This document shows positions 1 to 13,299 of a DNA stretch of 64,000 nucleotides, piece by piece. The translations under genes and the position numbers were made by a program. The notes beneath the pieces were generated by a model. The model was given only the letters and a program-made list of their open reading frames with translations. It was not told the DNA's origin and searched no databases. The stretch's first letter is position 1; every line of letters begins with the position of its first letter. The stretch is from Psammoneis japonica (Eukaryota), in contig QPGO01000077.1 of assembly GCA_008632985.1 (NCBI GenBank), positions 248,001 to 312,000 on the forward strand, in the 5' to 3' direction.

Positions 1-682
1 TCTTCTCTGTGGCAATGGGTTGACTTTGCAAGAGGGCCTTGACCCTTTCCCAATCAACAGCATGGAGACTTTCAGTGTTAGTTGAAGTTAGCAGTGACAA
101 CGCCACTGCTTTACGATTTACCAAATCATGGTTTTCTAGGCAATCGACAAGACTCATTTCTCGACTTTATGAAAAATCAAAGAGCTGAGTTAGTCAACGA
201 AAACTAGTAGGCACATCATGATTTCCTAGAGTTGAGCTATATTCGAGTCGTTGTCGTTGATAAAAAGAGAAGGAGGGGTCTCGATCGATTCGAGGAGTGG
301 CACGTTTCGACTGACGACAAGAACCGACCGAAAAAAATTCTGTGCCGTCGGGACCACCATTCGATTCGTGTCCACGACTGAATTGCATGGCTGGGAACAG
401 AAATGAAGTTCGAAAGCTCAAAAAGGAATCATGGTGCAACGTGCTAGTTGTTCTTTCAAGAAGCTCGTATGACATTCTGTAGAACACATCGTATCGACAA
501 AAGACAGCAGATCACGGATTCCTTCTTTGTCGTTTTCGTCTGTACGTATGCCCTTGTGCTGCGCGATTGGACCTCACCATTATTACCAACTCACTCAAGA
601 TCTCTCAAAAAGATTCGACGTTCGATGTTCGATGTAACAGACCGCCACTTTGCCTTTCAGCATACGATAAAGAATTCCAGAT

Positions 683-1699
683 ATGTTTGCTCGAGTCGCC
701 GTCTTTCGGTTCTGTCAAAGGGCTCCTATCGGTATCCATTCGTATGCAACGCGCGGCTTCCATGCGTCTCTGAAACTGAACGACAAAGTGCGTAATAATG
801 CGGGTTGCTGCTGCTTGTCTTTTCCCCGTTTTCTTGCTCTCAATAAAATTGCTGGCGGTGTTTGCCTCCTTTTTTAGTCAATCAAGGTCCTCCCGACGCA
901 AGTTGTTGTCGCAGCGTTTACAGAGCCGGATGCTGCTGATGAAGCTGCCGCGGCCCTTTGGGATTCAGACGTCGTGTGCTCCAATATTGCCGTAGTTCGC
1001 AAGAACAAAGACAGCAAGGTTAAAATTACGGAATCTGGAAAGATTGGAAAGCTTCACGGAGCTAGTGTCGGATCGTTGCTGGCAGGAGCCTCAGTTCTTT
1101 TGCTGGGACCCACCAGTATTGCTGCCGGTGCAGTTGGAGGAGCCTTGGCGGGTGCCACGACAGCGGGCATGGGTGCCGCCACCGGTGCCGCGATTGGAGC
1201 CTTGGCTGGGGCAGAGGGCACCATGTTGGCGAATGTAATTGCCTCCTTAAGTGGGGGCATTGCCGGGAGCCTCGCTGCCAGCGAGATTGAAACGCTGAGT
1301 CCCGAAAAGATGGACAAGCTGGGAAACATCTTGCAGCCCAGTCAGTCTGCCCTTGTTGCAGTCTTTGATCAAGTCGTTGTTCCCATGGACCAACTGGACG
1401 CGGAGAAGCAAGCTAGACGCGACGAAGTTTTCACAATGCTGGGAACTGACATTGGCAATACACTGCGAAACGGAGAAGATATTGCCATTATGGTTGCTGC
1501 CAGCGACGACGATGAAGAAATGGTGGTGACGCGAATGGCAGTTGGCAGTGAAGCCGCCGACATTTCTCTGCTTGTTATCACGGGAGATGCTGCAGATAGA
1601 GATGATGGTGAACCCGAAGATGAAATCACTTACGAGGTGCAAGACGGACAGGTGCTTTTAGGAGATGGCAAGAAAGGCGAGGTAGAGAACTCTACGTGA
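683..1699 (+). CDS. DUF1269-like glycine-zipper membrane protein with a probable mitochondrial transit peptide (exons 683-787 and 878-1699)
   Basis: Exon 1 MFARVAVFRFCQRAPIGIHSYATRGFHASLKLNDK is Arg-rich with almost no acidic residues. A GTGCGT...TTTTTAG intron (788-877) joins in frame to SIKVLPTQVVVAAFTEPDAADEAA and the 974-1699 ORF. The pattern 'IAVVRKNKDSKVKITE...GAxxGALxG...LQPSQSALVAV' resembles DUF1269. Confidence 0.6.
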
Positions 1700-2131
1700 G
1701 CGGGAAATCGGTCTGCGAAATGATCCCCCAGTTTTCTAGAATTTAAATCGTAATAGATCTCTATCGAGGACATGTAAGTGAGGGCGCCTCACCAACTAAG
1801 ACTTATTTACCCGGCTTTCAGTGTGTGACTCGTATATTACTTTCTCAGAGCAAATTAGCACAGAAGTGATTTTCGTTCAATGCGATGCAATCGACGAGAA
1901 ACAGCCTCTACTAGAAAGGTCTCAAAGCCTGTTGGCGTTATTCCTTGTCTCTCGACGAGCTGCCGCAACCACGACTTGAGAAACAATTCATGCCTAAAAA
2001 TTTACCCGATAAAAATTAAGAGTAGAGCCTGGCAAGAGCGTGGTGCCAGCCCGAGTCGGAGTTGACAAGCGCCATTCCTGGCATCATGCCGCAGATTTGT
2101 GAGACGAATGGTGATCGTTCTCACAAAAGGG
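1650..2131 (+). repeat. Diverged direct repeat, copy 1 (3' end of the DUF1269-like gene plus downstream DNA)
   Basis: Shares long blocks with 5945-6410, e.g. gaggacatgtaagtgagggcgcctcaccaacta and gtgtgtgactcgtatattactttctcagagcaaattag. Confidence 0.85.
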
Positions 2132-3330
2132 GTGCTTGTTCAAGCTGTAAAATGACACTTCTTGTGGATGCCAGCTCAAACGGCATTGGATGTGATCACT
2201 GCCAGTCAAAGTCATGTTGCAAACTTGTTGTGAGTGCATTGCACAAAACGTGTCTGAGAAGCACCCAAAGGCAATGAACAGCAGTCAGAAGGCATGGGGG
2301 GCAAAAAAGTTGGCACCATGGCAGTGGGCTGCAAGGCACCTAAAAGATCTCAGGACTGCACTGGGTGCAAGGGTTGGAAAAATGCCAGGTGAGTTGCTCT
2401 GCTGATGCTTGTTTCTTTGCATCCTTTGTTGCCAACACATGTTGTGCCACACGTTGCACTTGCCACCAAGTGTGCTGGGTGCTGCAAAGAAACCAAAGAT
2501 TCTTGCCAAAAAATGTAAACTCAAACAAAAAAACAAGCAAAATGTGGCAATCCCTGCTGAGTGGGAAGAAGAAAGTCCCAGCCATGGGCCACAAGCTGGC
2601 TGCTGCACTTCAAACTCCATGGTGCCGACTGCAAATGCCTCTTGCGTGGGAAGATGCCAGCTGAGGGTGTCATGCATCACACCAGAAAATGGCATGATTG
2701 AAGCACAGCACTGGCTGGCAAATGGAAAAGGCCACGCTCATGGGTGGACAGCTTTGTCAAAATAAAAACAGGCATCCACAACAGCAAGGGCAGCTCACCA
2801 TTTTTGCTTGGCAGGCTCGCACACACCTCCCACAATCTCATGTTGGTGCTGCACATCTCTGGAGCATGAAGACAGCACTGGCCCTCTGCCCTGACACAAG
2901 CAACAAGTGCCAAATCAGGTCTGGATTGACAGCATCCATGCAATGAAACTTGGCACCAAAGCCCAGTGGCTGCCAGGCATCCTTGGCAGTGGCCCCACGC
3001 AACAGCCCAAGCCCACTGCAAGGTTGAAGCTGGCACCAGATTTTTCACTCAAATCACATGAGCAAATGACAAACTGCTCTGTTGCACAGCATGCAGCTCT
3101 GCCCATGCTGTGTCACTGTGTTGACTCTGTTGTTTGCAAACCCAAATTGGCTGACTGTCATGCACTGACACAGAAATGTTTGGTGGCTCCTGGCCAAAAC
3201 AGAGCAATCATGTGTGTGTGCAACACTCAGCCACAATCAGCAGGCATGGCAGGCACAGAGTGAGGTGTCACAGTCTGTGATGTCATGATGAAGCAAACAC
3301 ATGGTCGGCAACGTCATCTGTTTTCTGAAG
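2130..3330. mobile_element. TpA/CpG-depleted degenerate insertion, probable transposon relic (family not identifiable)
   Basis: Begins where similarity to the 5945-6410 repeat copy ends. Nearly free of TA and CG, with many Cys/His/Trp-rich spurious ORFs. Confidence 0.45.
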
Positions 3331-3597
3331 TGCGCACAAGTTTCTTCCATTTCTTAACAAAATTTTTCACAGTTGTTGCCTGAGAACAATCGTGTCACCC
3401 CAAAGGACAGTTGAAGAACCGAACTGCTGCAGTGACAACAACAGCAACAGCTGTTGCATTTTTGCCCTTCAGGCCGAGACAAAAAAAGAAGACCAAGAAG
3501 AAGCACAAAGCACTCTTGCACTGAAACAAATGCAACAAGCAAGCAAAAGGGAGAGAGAAAAGATCTGTCACAACGCACAAACAAGGTGAAACCAAGA

Positions 3598-4687
3598 ATG
3601 GATGTGCTCATGCAGAGTGGGCTGAACAGGCAGAATTTGCTTTGTTTTTACAATGGCAGACTGCTCAACAATGGCAGACACATTGCAAAAGGCACGCAGA
3701 TGCCAAACGGTGCATGTGCACACAACATTGCAAAAGGCACACAGCTTCCCAATGGAATGGCCAAATGCAAGGGATTGCAGATTGAGAGTTGGAACACCAT
3801 TTTGCAAGCCACACTTTCCTCAAACTTTGTTGAATCTGTTCTTGGCTCAAACTGGATCAATCCAGATCTCCTTGGACCAGCCGGAGTTGGAGACCTGACA
3901 AAAGTCCCAGGAATCAAGAACGCCAAGGGTGGTGACTGTGGACAGGAAGATGATGTCTGCCATCTCGACAATCGCCACATTGGTGCAAATCTCATGACCC
4001 AGCTGTGTGGTGGTGAGAACAACACCAGCAGCAATCAAGGTGCCGAGGCCGCCAACCTTGCGAGGGAGTTCACGGATGCTCTTCTCCATGTTGGATGGCC
4101 CGCCAATGCCGAGCTTTGGCTTTGCTGTGATGGGCCAGCTGGCGCAGACGCAACGGAAGCGTGCTCGGATCCTGACTTTGTTCTTCCGACATTGCCGAGA
4201 GAAGACAAAGACTTTCCCGGAGCAGCGCCACATTTCCTTACCGAAATGTTCGAAGAGCGCCAACAAGAAGCACTGTCCGCTTTTCTGGTGGCCAAGCTGA
4301 ACGTCCATGGTACGAACCTGATGATGGAACTCGCGGGGCGTTTTGACCTTGGCCCTGCCGGAACGTTGTTTCTTCCAAGAGAATATGCGGATGAATACCA
4401 CTACGAGCTTGGGCAGTCCTGGGGTAACATGTTCCTCGATTGTAACGGCGCTGATGCTGGCCATTACTTCTGCGAAGCGTCTCGGGAGGAAGATCGGGTC
4501 TTAGGCCGTAGTCCAATGTATCATTCGTTGCCGCTATTCTCATGCAGCGGCGAGAGCCTTTACCCGACAAAGGAGTCTGGAAAGGCGTGTTACAGCACTG
4601 ACATGGATACCAATATTGCTCATGGCTGTGGCATGGTCGCGTCTGTGGGTGGATGTGACGAGACGTGCATCGCTGGTTTCTGTGGAG
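3598..4687 (+). CDS. Uncharacterised Cys-rich protein, truncated by the gap; 5' half hypermutated; start uncertain
   Basis: Long open frame with protein-like composition running into the N-gap. Contains an internal IAKGTQxPNG duplication. Almost all Tyr codons lie after about 4380. Confidence 0.45.
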
Positions 4688-5586
4688 NNNNNNNNNNNNN
4701 NNNNNNNNNNNNNNNNNNNNNNNNNNNNNNNNNNNNNNNNNNNNNNNNNNNNNNNNNNNNNNNNNNNNNNNNNNNNNNNNNNNNNNNNNNNNNNNNNNNN
4801 NNNNNNNNNNNNNNNNNNNNNNNNNNNNNNNNNNNNNNNNNNNNNNNNNNNNNNNNNNNNNNNNNNNNNNNNNNNNNNNNNNNNNNNNNNNNNNNNNNNN
4901 NNNNNNNNNNNNNNNNNNNNNNNNNNNNNNNNNNNNNNNNNNNNNNNNNNNNNNNNNNNNNNNNNNNNNNNNNNNNNNNNNNNNNNNNNNNNNNNNNNNN
5001 NNNNNNNNNNNNNNNNNNNNNNNNNNNNNNNNNNNNNNNNNNNNNNNNNNNNNNNNNNNNNNNNNNNNNNNNNNNNNNNNNNNNNNNNNNNNNNNNNNNN
5101 NNNNNNNNNNNNNNNNNNNNNNNNNNNNNNNNNNNNNNNNNNNNNNNNNNNNNNNNNNNNNNNNNNNNNNNNNNNNNNNNNNNNNNNNNNNNNNNNNNNN
5201 NNNNNNNNNNNNNNNNNNNNNNNNNNNNNNNNNNNNNNNNNNNNNNNNNNNNNNNNNNNNNNNNNNNNNNNNNNNNNNNNNNNNNNNNNNNNNNNNNNNN
5301 NNNNNNNNNNNNNNNNNNNNNNNNNNNNNNNNNNNNNNNNNNNNNNNNNNNNNNNNNNNNNNNNNNNNNNNNNNNNNNNNNNNNNNNNNNNNNNNNNNNN
5401 NNNNNNNNNNNNNNNNNNNNNNNNNNNNNNNNNNNNNNNNNNNNNNNNNNNNNNNNNNNNNNNNNNNNNNNNNNNNNNNNNNNNNNNNNNNNNNNNNNNN
5501 NNNNNNNNNNNNNNNNNNNNNNNNNNNNNNNNNNNNNNNNNNNNNNNNNNNNNNNNNNNNNNNNNNNNNNNNNNNNNNNNNNNNNN
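4688..5586. other. Assembly gap (N run)
   Basis: Run of n characters. Confidence 1.
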
Positions 5587-5944
5587 CCACTTTCGTTGCA
5601 GTCGCTAATCAAACTTTGATCGATTTTGTCGCAACTCTCATGATGTGTGTTAGAGATGTTGAGATAATTCTTAGAAACTGATGCACCTCAATAGTACGTA
5701 TAAGTATGTTCATATAATAGCATTGTCGTGTGCGGTACTCCGAATTCATTCCAACCCAGAGAGGAAAACGAGCTTGCTTGTTGTATTTTTGGCGTCTTTC
5801 TAATCTAAGTTCCGGCGTATTGGTTTCGTGCAAAGTTCGCCGTTTGATCAAGTCAAAAGACAAACACTTACTATACGACTGCATTGGGCCAATACACAGA
5901 GTGAAACCCGCCTTTTTCTCTTGTCCACAAGGCGTACGGCGGAC

Positions 5945-6410
5945 AGTTACTTTTAGCAGATAGAAAGAAAGGCGAGGGAGAGGACTCTGTATGGAGCGGG
6001 AAATCGCTCTTCAGATTGATCCTCTAGTTTTCTAGAATGTAGATTATTTGCAATAGATCTCCATGTCGAGGACATGTAAGTGAGGGCGCCTCACCAACTA
6101 CGACTCATTTAACCGCCTTTGAGTGTGTGACTCGTATATTACTTTCTCAGAGCAAATTAGTACAGAAGCGATTTTCGTTCAATGCGATGCAATCGACGAG
6201 AAACGCATCCACGACTTGATGCACAAATCATGCCTAAAAATATCCCCGATGAACTTATACGGTACGTCGGCTCTAATAGGACCCTAGCTCTAGAAGAGCC
6301 TATCGAGAGCGTGGCGCCAGCCCGAGTCTCTCGGAGTTGACAAGAGGCATTACCGGCATCAATCCACAGATTTGTGAGATGATCCGTGATCGTTGTCGCA
6401 AAAAAAGGGC
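5945..6410 (+). repeat. Diverged direct repeat, copy 2 (includes a decayed remnant of the DUF1269-like 3' end)
   Basis: ttttagcagatagaaagaaaggcgagggagaggactct resembles ttttaggagatggcaagaaaggcgaggtagagaactct near 1655-1693. Downstream blocks are shared with 1700-2131. Confidence 0.85.
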
Positions 6411-6575
6411 GCGCGATCAAGATTTTTTTTGTGGCGCAGGCGTTGAATTTCGCGCGCAAATTTTGGATACGACTACGATTACCGATTACACCTTACAACT
6501 CAGATCAAAACAGCCTCATTCATCTTCAGTTTCCTGAAGGGGTTGCGGGAAACACAACCAGAACAATCTGCAACA

Positions 6576-7676
6576 ATGATGATTCGAGCGGTCCAATGCC
6601 ATCACTTTGCTGCATTCGACGAGGACAATACGCCACGAAAGGTCCCCAAGCCTTTGCGCAGTTCCTTGTCGCTCAAGGAGCTTCCGTATCCTCGACTCGA
6701 GAGCGACAAACACGTGTTGATTGAAACGCGATACGTTGGAGTCCAGTATCCGGACGCTCTTCAAGCACAGGGCCTCTATCAAGTTCGACCGAAACTCCCG
6801 TATACTCCTTGCATGGATGTGACAGGAATTGTACTCGAGGTGGGTCGTGATGTTTCCAATGTTCGACCCGGCGACCGAGTCATGGCTGTTATGGTACAAG
6901 AGGGTGGAACGGGTGGCCTGGCGGAGGTTGTTTCAACGTCATGTGGCAATGTTTGGAAACTTCCTGACGGTATACACCTTTCGCATTGTGCCAATATCGG
7001 AAGAAACTACTTTGCAGCCTATCACTCGCTCAAGACTATTGGTCAAGTTGGAACCGGCGATTTGGTGCTTGTCGACGGTGCTTCGGGAGGAGTGGGCATG
7101 GCGGCGGTGGAACTAGCAAAAGCCATGGGCGCCAAAGTCATTGCTGCGGTGAGCACAAGTGAAAAATTGAAATACCCCGCTAGTGTTGGTGCGGATGCAG
7201 TGCTTTGCTACGGAAAGGACCGCGCGAGTTATGCTCTATTCAAGAAGGCCGCCAAGAAAACAGCAGCTGAGCTGGGGCACCCTGATGGAGTTGACTTGGT
7301 CGTGGACATGGTACAAGGACAGCTTTTTGAAGCTGCTCTGGTTTCAACAGTGCGACCTCTAGGAAAGATTTGTCTGGTTGGTTTTGCAGCCGGGCAAAAA
7401 CCTATTCGACCGGGAGTGCTGCTTGTAAAGGAAGTTGCAGTGGTTGGAAGTCTCTGGGGGAGATGGGCAGCGAAGAATCCCGAAGCGCATTCCAAGAATG
7501 TACACGAAATACTCTCTTTTCTTGCATCAGGCGCAATCAAACCACGCGCCGAACGAGTCTATCCGTTGTACAAGTTTGTCGAGGCCTTCGAGTTGTTTCA
7601 GCAAAACAAGGGTAGAGGAAACACTGTGGTTTGCATCAAGGAAGATAACGGACAAGTGATCGCTTCGCGACTATAG
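6576..7676 (+). CDS. NADPH:quinone oxidoreductase (zeta-crystallin/MDR family)
   Basis: Motifs [20 protein letters not shown] and [26 protein letters not shown] (Rossmann fold), plus [11 protein letters not shown]. Ends in SRL, a PTS1-like peroxisomal signal. Confidence 0.9.
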   Translation: MMIRAVQCHHFAAFDEDNTPRKVPKPLRSSLSLKELPYPRLESDKHVLIETRYVGVQYPDALQAQGLYQVRPKLPYTPCMDVTGIVLEVGRDVSNVRPGDRVMAVMVQEGGTGGLAEVVSTSCGNVWKLPDGIHLSHCANIGRNYFAAYHSLKTIGQVGTGDLVLVDGASGGVGMAAVELAKAMGAKVIAAVSTSEKLKYPASVGADAVLCYGKDRASYALFKKAAKKTAAELGHPDGVDLVVDMVQGQLFEAALVSTVRPLGKICLVGFAAGQKPIRPGVLLVKEVAVVGSLWGRWAAKNPEAHSKNVHEILSFLASGAIKPRAERVYPLYKFVEAFELFQQNKGRGNTVVCIKEDNGQVIASRL

Positions 7677-8124
7677 AGAGTAGTGGAATATTTGCTTGGA
7701 TTTCTCTAGAGGTGAATGCTTCTTGAGATTGATCGATAGATCGAGCGATTTTAATTCGACGAAAACCAGTGCAACAACCTATGAGCGATAGGTGATTTCG
7801 CCGTGAGTTGCCACGTAGCGTTGAATAGTTCGACTAAAAAGACGACATCCGCGAGCCGAGTCGTGCACACTCACCGATGTTTTGCAAGCTAAACTCGAAT
7901 GAAACAAACAAGGCACGAAACGGAACGCATTGGATCGGACGCGCAACCTGACTTTTTATTCCTTCAAGAGCGCGTCAACATACCGTATTGCTTACAGTGG
8001 TAAGACGGGAGTCATCGGGAGTTGAATCGGAGCTCGTGACAGTCCCACAACTGAGTCGTGAGGTTTTACGCTTTCGCTCACCCATTCATGCATTTTGCGG
8101 TATACAAACGACGTGGTAACACCA

Positions 8125-9022
8125 ATGGCTCTTGAACCAGAAGAAACGACGGAGGATTCGCTGTGGGCGACTTTTATGGCGACGAGACCCGGCATATCAC
8201 GGGCTCCAAGCATGGACCAAACGGTCGTTAGTGATAAAGTAGCAGGTGAGAACGATCCTTTTCCGTGGGACGAGCAGTCGCTTGATTTATTCGATGGCGA
8301 GGTGCTCGAAAGTGAAATCGGTAGTATTGATGTAGCGCCATCTGTCAATGGCGGTGACAGTAACTCCAATATGGAAGTGCAATCGGTGATGCTACCCAAT
8401 GAAGAAGCGAACAGTATGGAGGCGGCTGTACCCGACAACAATAAACGAGTGAAGCTACACGTACCGGTACCACCACACGACGTAAGAGGCCGCGGCAAAA
8501 ATCAAGATCCAATAAGAATAGATCCACGACTCTAGAACCTGACATTTTGGAGCGCGTCGATGAGCCAACTCATCTGGATGTGCTGTTGGGCAGGGGTGGT
8601 AAGTAAAAGGTTTATATTGCAAGTTTCTTCGTCTTCCTTTCAGATTGTCGCTCATGGATACCAATCGCTTGCGCTTTTGTACGCAACAACACAGGAAAAA
8701 GCAATCACTGGCAGGGCAACAAGCGTTATCGCAGAGAGGTGAAGAAGCTACAGCCCAGGTACATTCATGCACCTACAAAGGATGCAAAGACGCAAATCAG
8801 CGAGCTCGTCATATCAACTGTGCAGGGTTACGGCGGGCGCTTTTTGAAGAGAATGAATCGTGGTGGGGGGTGGTACGTGGTACCCCATCTTGTTGCCCGG
8901 CGTAAGGCTAGCCAGGTAGGATCGATATGAGATGTTCTTTTTGAATACCTCTTATGCGCATTATCTCTTCACTTAAACTCTTTGTTATTCTTTCTTCGCT
9001 CCAGGCATTGCGAGAGATGTGA
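8125..9022 (+). CDS. DUF6824-domain protein (two introns, about 8599-8693 and 8915-9004; one apparent frameshift near 8440-8460)
   Basis: Spliced reading DVLLGRGG|KSNHWQGNKRYR...GGRFLKR...WYVV...ARRKASQ|ALREM* matches the diatom-expanded DUF6824 pattern. Canonical GTAAGT and GTAGGA donors. Confidence 0.75.
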
Positions 9023-9245
9023 GTCGTGACCACGTTAGAATGCCATGCAGGTATAGTAGGGAAGCGTTCCCTTCGGGGCGTGAGTGCCATTTTATACATG
9101 TTGTAGTGTTAGGTTGTGGTTGGCAGATTCGGTCCTTCCACAAACAAGTTGGTCTTGAGGTCGATAGTACCCTTTGTCCGAACTGACCAAAGCGTATTTC
9201 AATACATACCGTTTCAGATATGTAACTATAGAGAACATTTTAACG

Positions 9246-10643
9246 CTACTCGTCTTTCTTCTTGTTCTCTTCAGGACTGCCTGCTGTGTCTGGTGGTGGC
9301 AAAGCTCTCCTGCTCCGCAGCGCACCTCGAACCAGAAGCATGACTCCAGCCGAAATTCCGCCCGCAAACGCAGAAGACAAAAGAATGCGTCCACCAGGAA
9401 ATCGACTTGACGACGACTGCGTGCCTCTCCAGGGATAGTACGCTCCGTACCAAACACCCACCAAGCCCACACCGGTTGCAATCGAAGTCGTTCCAACGCC
9501 AGCCACAATCAAGGCGGTCGAAAGGTAGTCTGCTGCTGTGGCTCCCACACTTTGCAAGGTCTGTCGTCCATACGAAAGCGTGCTCCTGGAGTAGGACTGT
9601 GCCATGCTCATGAATGCATCCGTAATGATTTGACCTTCCTCCCACCAATCACTTGTTAGATCAGGCTGCTGCTGCGCTTCTTCTTCGGGCGCCGAAGGTT
9701 CTGGCGACTCTGCGGGACTGTCCAGTCCCATGTCACTCGCGCCATCCTCGGAACCTCTTCGTAGAGACGACGTGGGAGAGCTCTTGCAGTAATGGATGGT
9801 ACAGGAGGAGGACTATTCTCGGCTTGTTCGTTTGCATCTTCGTCTGGAACCAATGGCGCTGACCTTGCGCGACGACCGGCGCAACAGCAGCCCTGTCGGT
9901 GGTGGACTGCTGAGGTTCCATCAACATGGGCGCGTTACTAGGTGGCGGTTGATATCGGCTGTCCCCCATCAAGAGTCTCATAAAGTCCTCTCCAAAGACA
10001 TGCCCCAGTCCACGTCGGTGCAAAAGCTCATGTCGTCGGGGTGGCAATCGGTTGATTAGCTCTTCCAGCTGCTCTGTCGTAATACCTGGCATGTAATACA
10101 GCATCAAATGTCGATACTCATTAAAAAACGAGCTGTCCATCATCCATTCATGAAGAGACGTTTCCGCCAATTGAACATAGAGCGACCGTGGCAAATAGTC
10201 TCCAAGGCCCCGTCCGTGCAAAATATTGTTGTACTCTACAATCACCCGCTCATACAAAAAGTAAAATCCCAAGCAATTCGTCATGACAAACATACCCAGA
10301 GCAACAAGAGCCGTCAAGGGGAGATAAAAGTATAGAAAGAAAGCAAACGACACGGCCGAAAGTAAAAACATGACGAGTGCATCTCGAGTTAGCAATCGGC
10401 GTTGCTTTGTCAAGGTCGTAGTAGTAGTAGAGCTTTCCTGATTGATCGGTTTCACAAGAGTCCTTCCATACGGGGAGTCGTCGTTACGATACTTGTCATG
10501 GGTGTGGCTGGTATAGTGGCTGTAGTGGAAGTAGAGCATAAAGAGTGTTGCCTCCTGGTGTTTTCTTCAGATTGTTTGGTGACGACAAAACGTTTGGAAG
10601 CGGAGAGAATCGGCAGCATCTTGAGCTGGCCTTTCATCGTCAT
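9246..10643 (-). CDS. Uncharacterised membrane protein (split over several frames by apparent indels)
   Basis: ORFs 10452-10643, 9733-10539, 9656-9853 and 9246-9731 read as consecutive pieces, with hydrophobic segments near both ends. Confidence 0.55.
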
Positions 10644-10945
10644 CTAGCCCAGTCGTTTTGTAGGGCTTTTTCCTTTTGGAATCTTCATCACTGTCTTTGT
10701 CTCTCTTCTCTTCTTGCTTCATGGTGCTGATTCTTCTCGTTGGTCGTCTAGTAGGTCGTCATTGTCGCGAAAGCGGCCTTTGTCGTCTTCTTTTCAACCA
10801 GCACACGGGCACACGGGACACGCACATGGCCACAGCTAGCACCACGCACGGTGCGTGGCGCGTGGCTTTTTCAGTTTGCGGTCTGCCTGCCAGCCATCCG
10901 CCCTCAGAGCTCTAGCTGCGAGGAGTCTAAACCGTAATACGACGA

Positions 10946-10976
10946 CTCTCTCTCTCTCTCTCTCTCTCCTCTCTCT
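10946..10976. repeat. (CT)n microsatellite
   Basis: ctctctctctctctctctctctcctctctct. Confidence 0.9.
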
Positions 10977-13299
10977 ACTAGCTAGCTAGAGTAGAGAATA
11001 GAGCACGTGAGAGGGGTGTTTCCCGAAGTTCAACGGAACACACGAAACCCAACACGAAGCCACCCTTGCATCTGCCCTCAACGATGCCGGCATCTGCCTC
11101 ATCCTCTTCACCATCGATCACTTCGGAGCTCCCGGCTGCTTTGCACACCGCCTCCTCTTTGGAGTCAATCAACAACACCCCCTGTCCCCACCACCACCAC
11201 CAGCAGCAGCAGCAGCAGCTCCCCCTTGGACCACCGAATCCTCCTCCTTCCAACATCCCGCCGCCCGTGCCGCCCGACGCGTTCCAGCCCCCAGGTGGGA
11301 CTCCGTGTGACATTGGGCCCGTAGAATTCTACGTGCGAGCTCCGTAGTACGAGAATTTAATTAATGGATATATTTATCTTCAACATCAAATAAACGGCCA
11401 AGTTTGTGGTGCAATTATGCCTCTTACCACTCGACGTTTTTGCAAATGCACCTGCCCTACGCGATTCTTAAGACATCATAGAATCGCGCTGTAACAAAAA
11501 ATGTCAAAAGTTTTTGGACGGATCGCTCAATAAGTGCACCGTAAAATGACACAAAATGTCAAAAAAATCACGTAGAAATCTACGTGCGCGACATACGACG
11601 TGATTCAAAAAACTGTCGATGTCACAGTTCAGTAGTGCGAGGTCCCACCTAGACCTGGAACGCGTCGCCCATGCCCTCGCACAACTGCGCCCCCCGTCCA
11701 TCTGCCATCTTCCCCACCACCACCACCACAACTTGAAAAACACATCTCCAGCACATTTTGGCTTGACCCACCACACTTTGACTCCATCACAATGGGGCCT
11801 TCAAAGCCTTGGCTTTGCAACAACCAAATCACTTGCCAACCAACTCACCCGCTGCTCCGCCAAACTGCAGCCCCGCCAGCTCACCAACCCCAAGAACCCC
11901 AATCCCATCCCTTTCCCTGTCCACATGACTCAGCTCCACCCCTCCTCAGCATCTGTTTCTCTCACTGCACCACTGCATGACATTGCACGTGAGCTCCTCA
12001 TGCGTGCACACCAGGTTGCTTCTGCAAACAATGTGGCGTGCATTTTGGTTGACCAAAATGGCTTTTTTTGTTGGTCAGTGCAAATTTGTTGACAAAACAA
12101 AATGGGAAGACATGCACAGAGTTTGTGTTTGAGTTTTGTGTGCTGTTTTTGAATGAAATCTGGCTGTGTCATGAATTTGACCCCTTGGTGGTTTGTGCAC
12201 ATGCCACCATGTTGGCGGCTCAGCTCAAAATGTGTCGAGTTGTCGCAGCCAGTGGTGCTGAGTCACAAAGCATTGAAGCCCACATTCAGAAGGGACTTGG
12301 CACTTGCACAGAAACAGGTGCCAGGCAGTGTCATCTTCCCATTGGGGTCATCTGGCACTGACATGTCTCTGGGAGAGTTGGGTTCTCTCTTGAGCCTTTC
12401 GTGCATCAGCAGAGCTCTCACTCTGACACAATGCCAACTCTTGCATTTTGCAAATCTCTGCACACTTCAGAACCTGGTGGCTTCTGCCATTTTTGTTTGA
12501 GAGATGTGCTGCAATTGTTTGCAAGGTTGCTGGGGCTTTTTTGCCAACCAACCCACTGCATGATGATGCCACGAAAGGCATGAAATGACCGTGCTGGTGC
12601 TCAATTCATGGCTTGAGATGCTTGCATTTGTTCTCGCATTTTTTCTCCTGTTTTCACAACATTCAGGAAACAAATCCATCCATGACATTGCATCTTCAGC
12701 AATGGGCAAATCCATTTCAGGTTGTGCTGAGAAGGAGTGAATCTCCTTCATGAACATCTTAGGAGAGGCAATTGTGTGGAGTTGCTGGATTGCATTCACA
12801 TGCGAAATGCTGGATTTGCACCCCCAGACCCGTGATGAACCATGCACAGGTTTTTCAAAAAGAGTGGGAACAATGGTTGGCACCAATTGCACCCTGATTG
12901 ATTGTTGGCAGTTGGTGACAAGTTGCAGCATTTTTCAGTTATGAGCTCCAGCTGTTTGGCTTCATGTCAAACAAAGCCAAATGCAGCAGCTTGAATTGAC
13001 TTGCAGCTGCAGCTTTGCAAGCCTGTGTGTTCAAAATTGTGCAGCACTGTTGCTTTTGCTGGCATTCACAACACACGCAAAATGACAACACCAACAATGG
13101 ACATGTCAAATGATCTCCACAAGCAAGGTGAAAAAAAGCAAATGAGGGCCAGTTTGGTTGGCTGATCCAGAGACCCATGTGCCTTTCCACAAGTGCAGCA
13201 AAAGCCCTGCCATGCAGACACAGCCTGGATCCCTTGTCATGTGGGTCACTGGCACAATGTGACATGCATGCCAGAGCCTGAGAATGACATGTTTTTAAC

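Noticed and set aside
4238..5681. Long ORFs spanning the N run
   Set aside because: Artefacts of translating the assembly gap.
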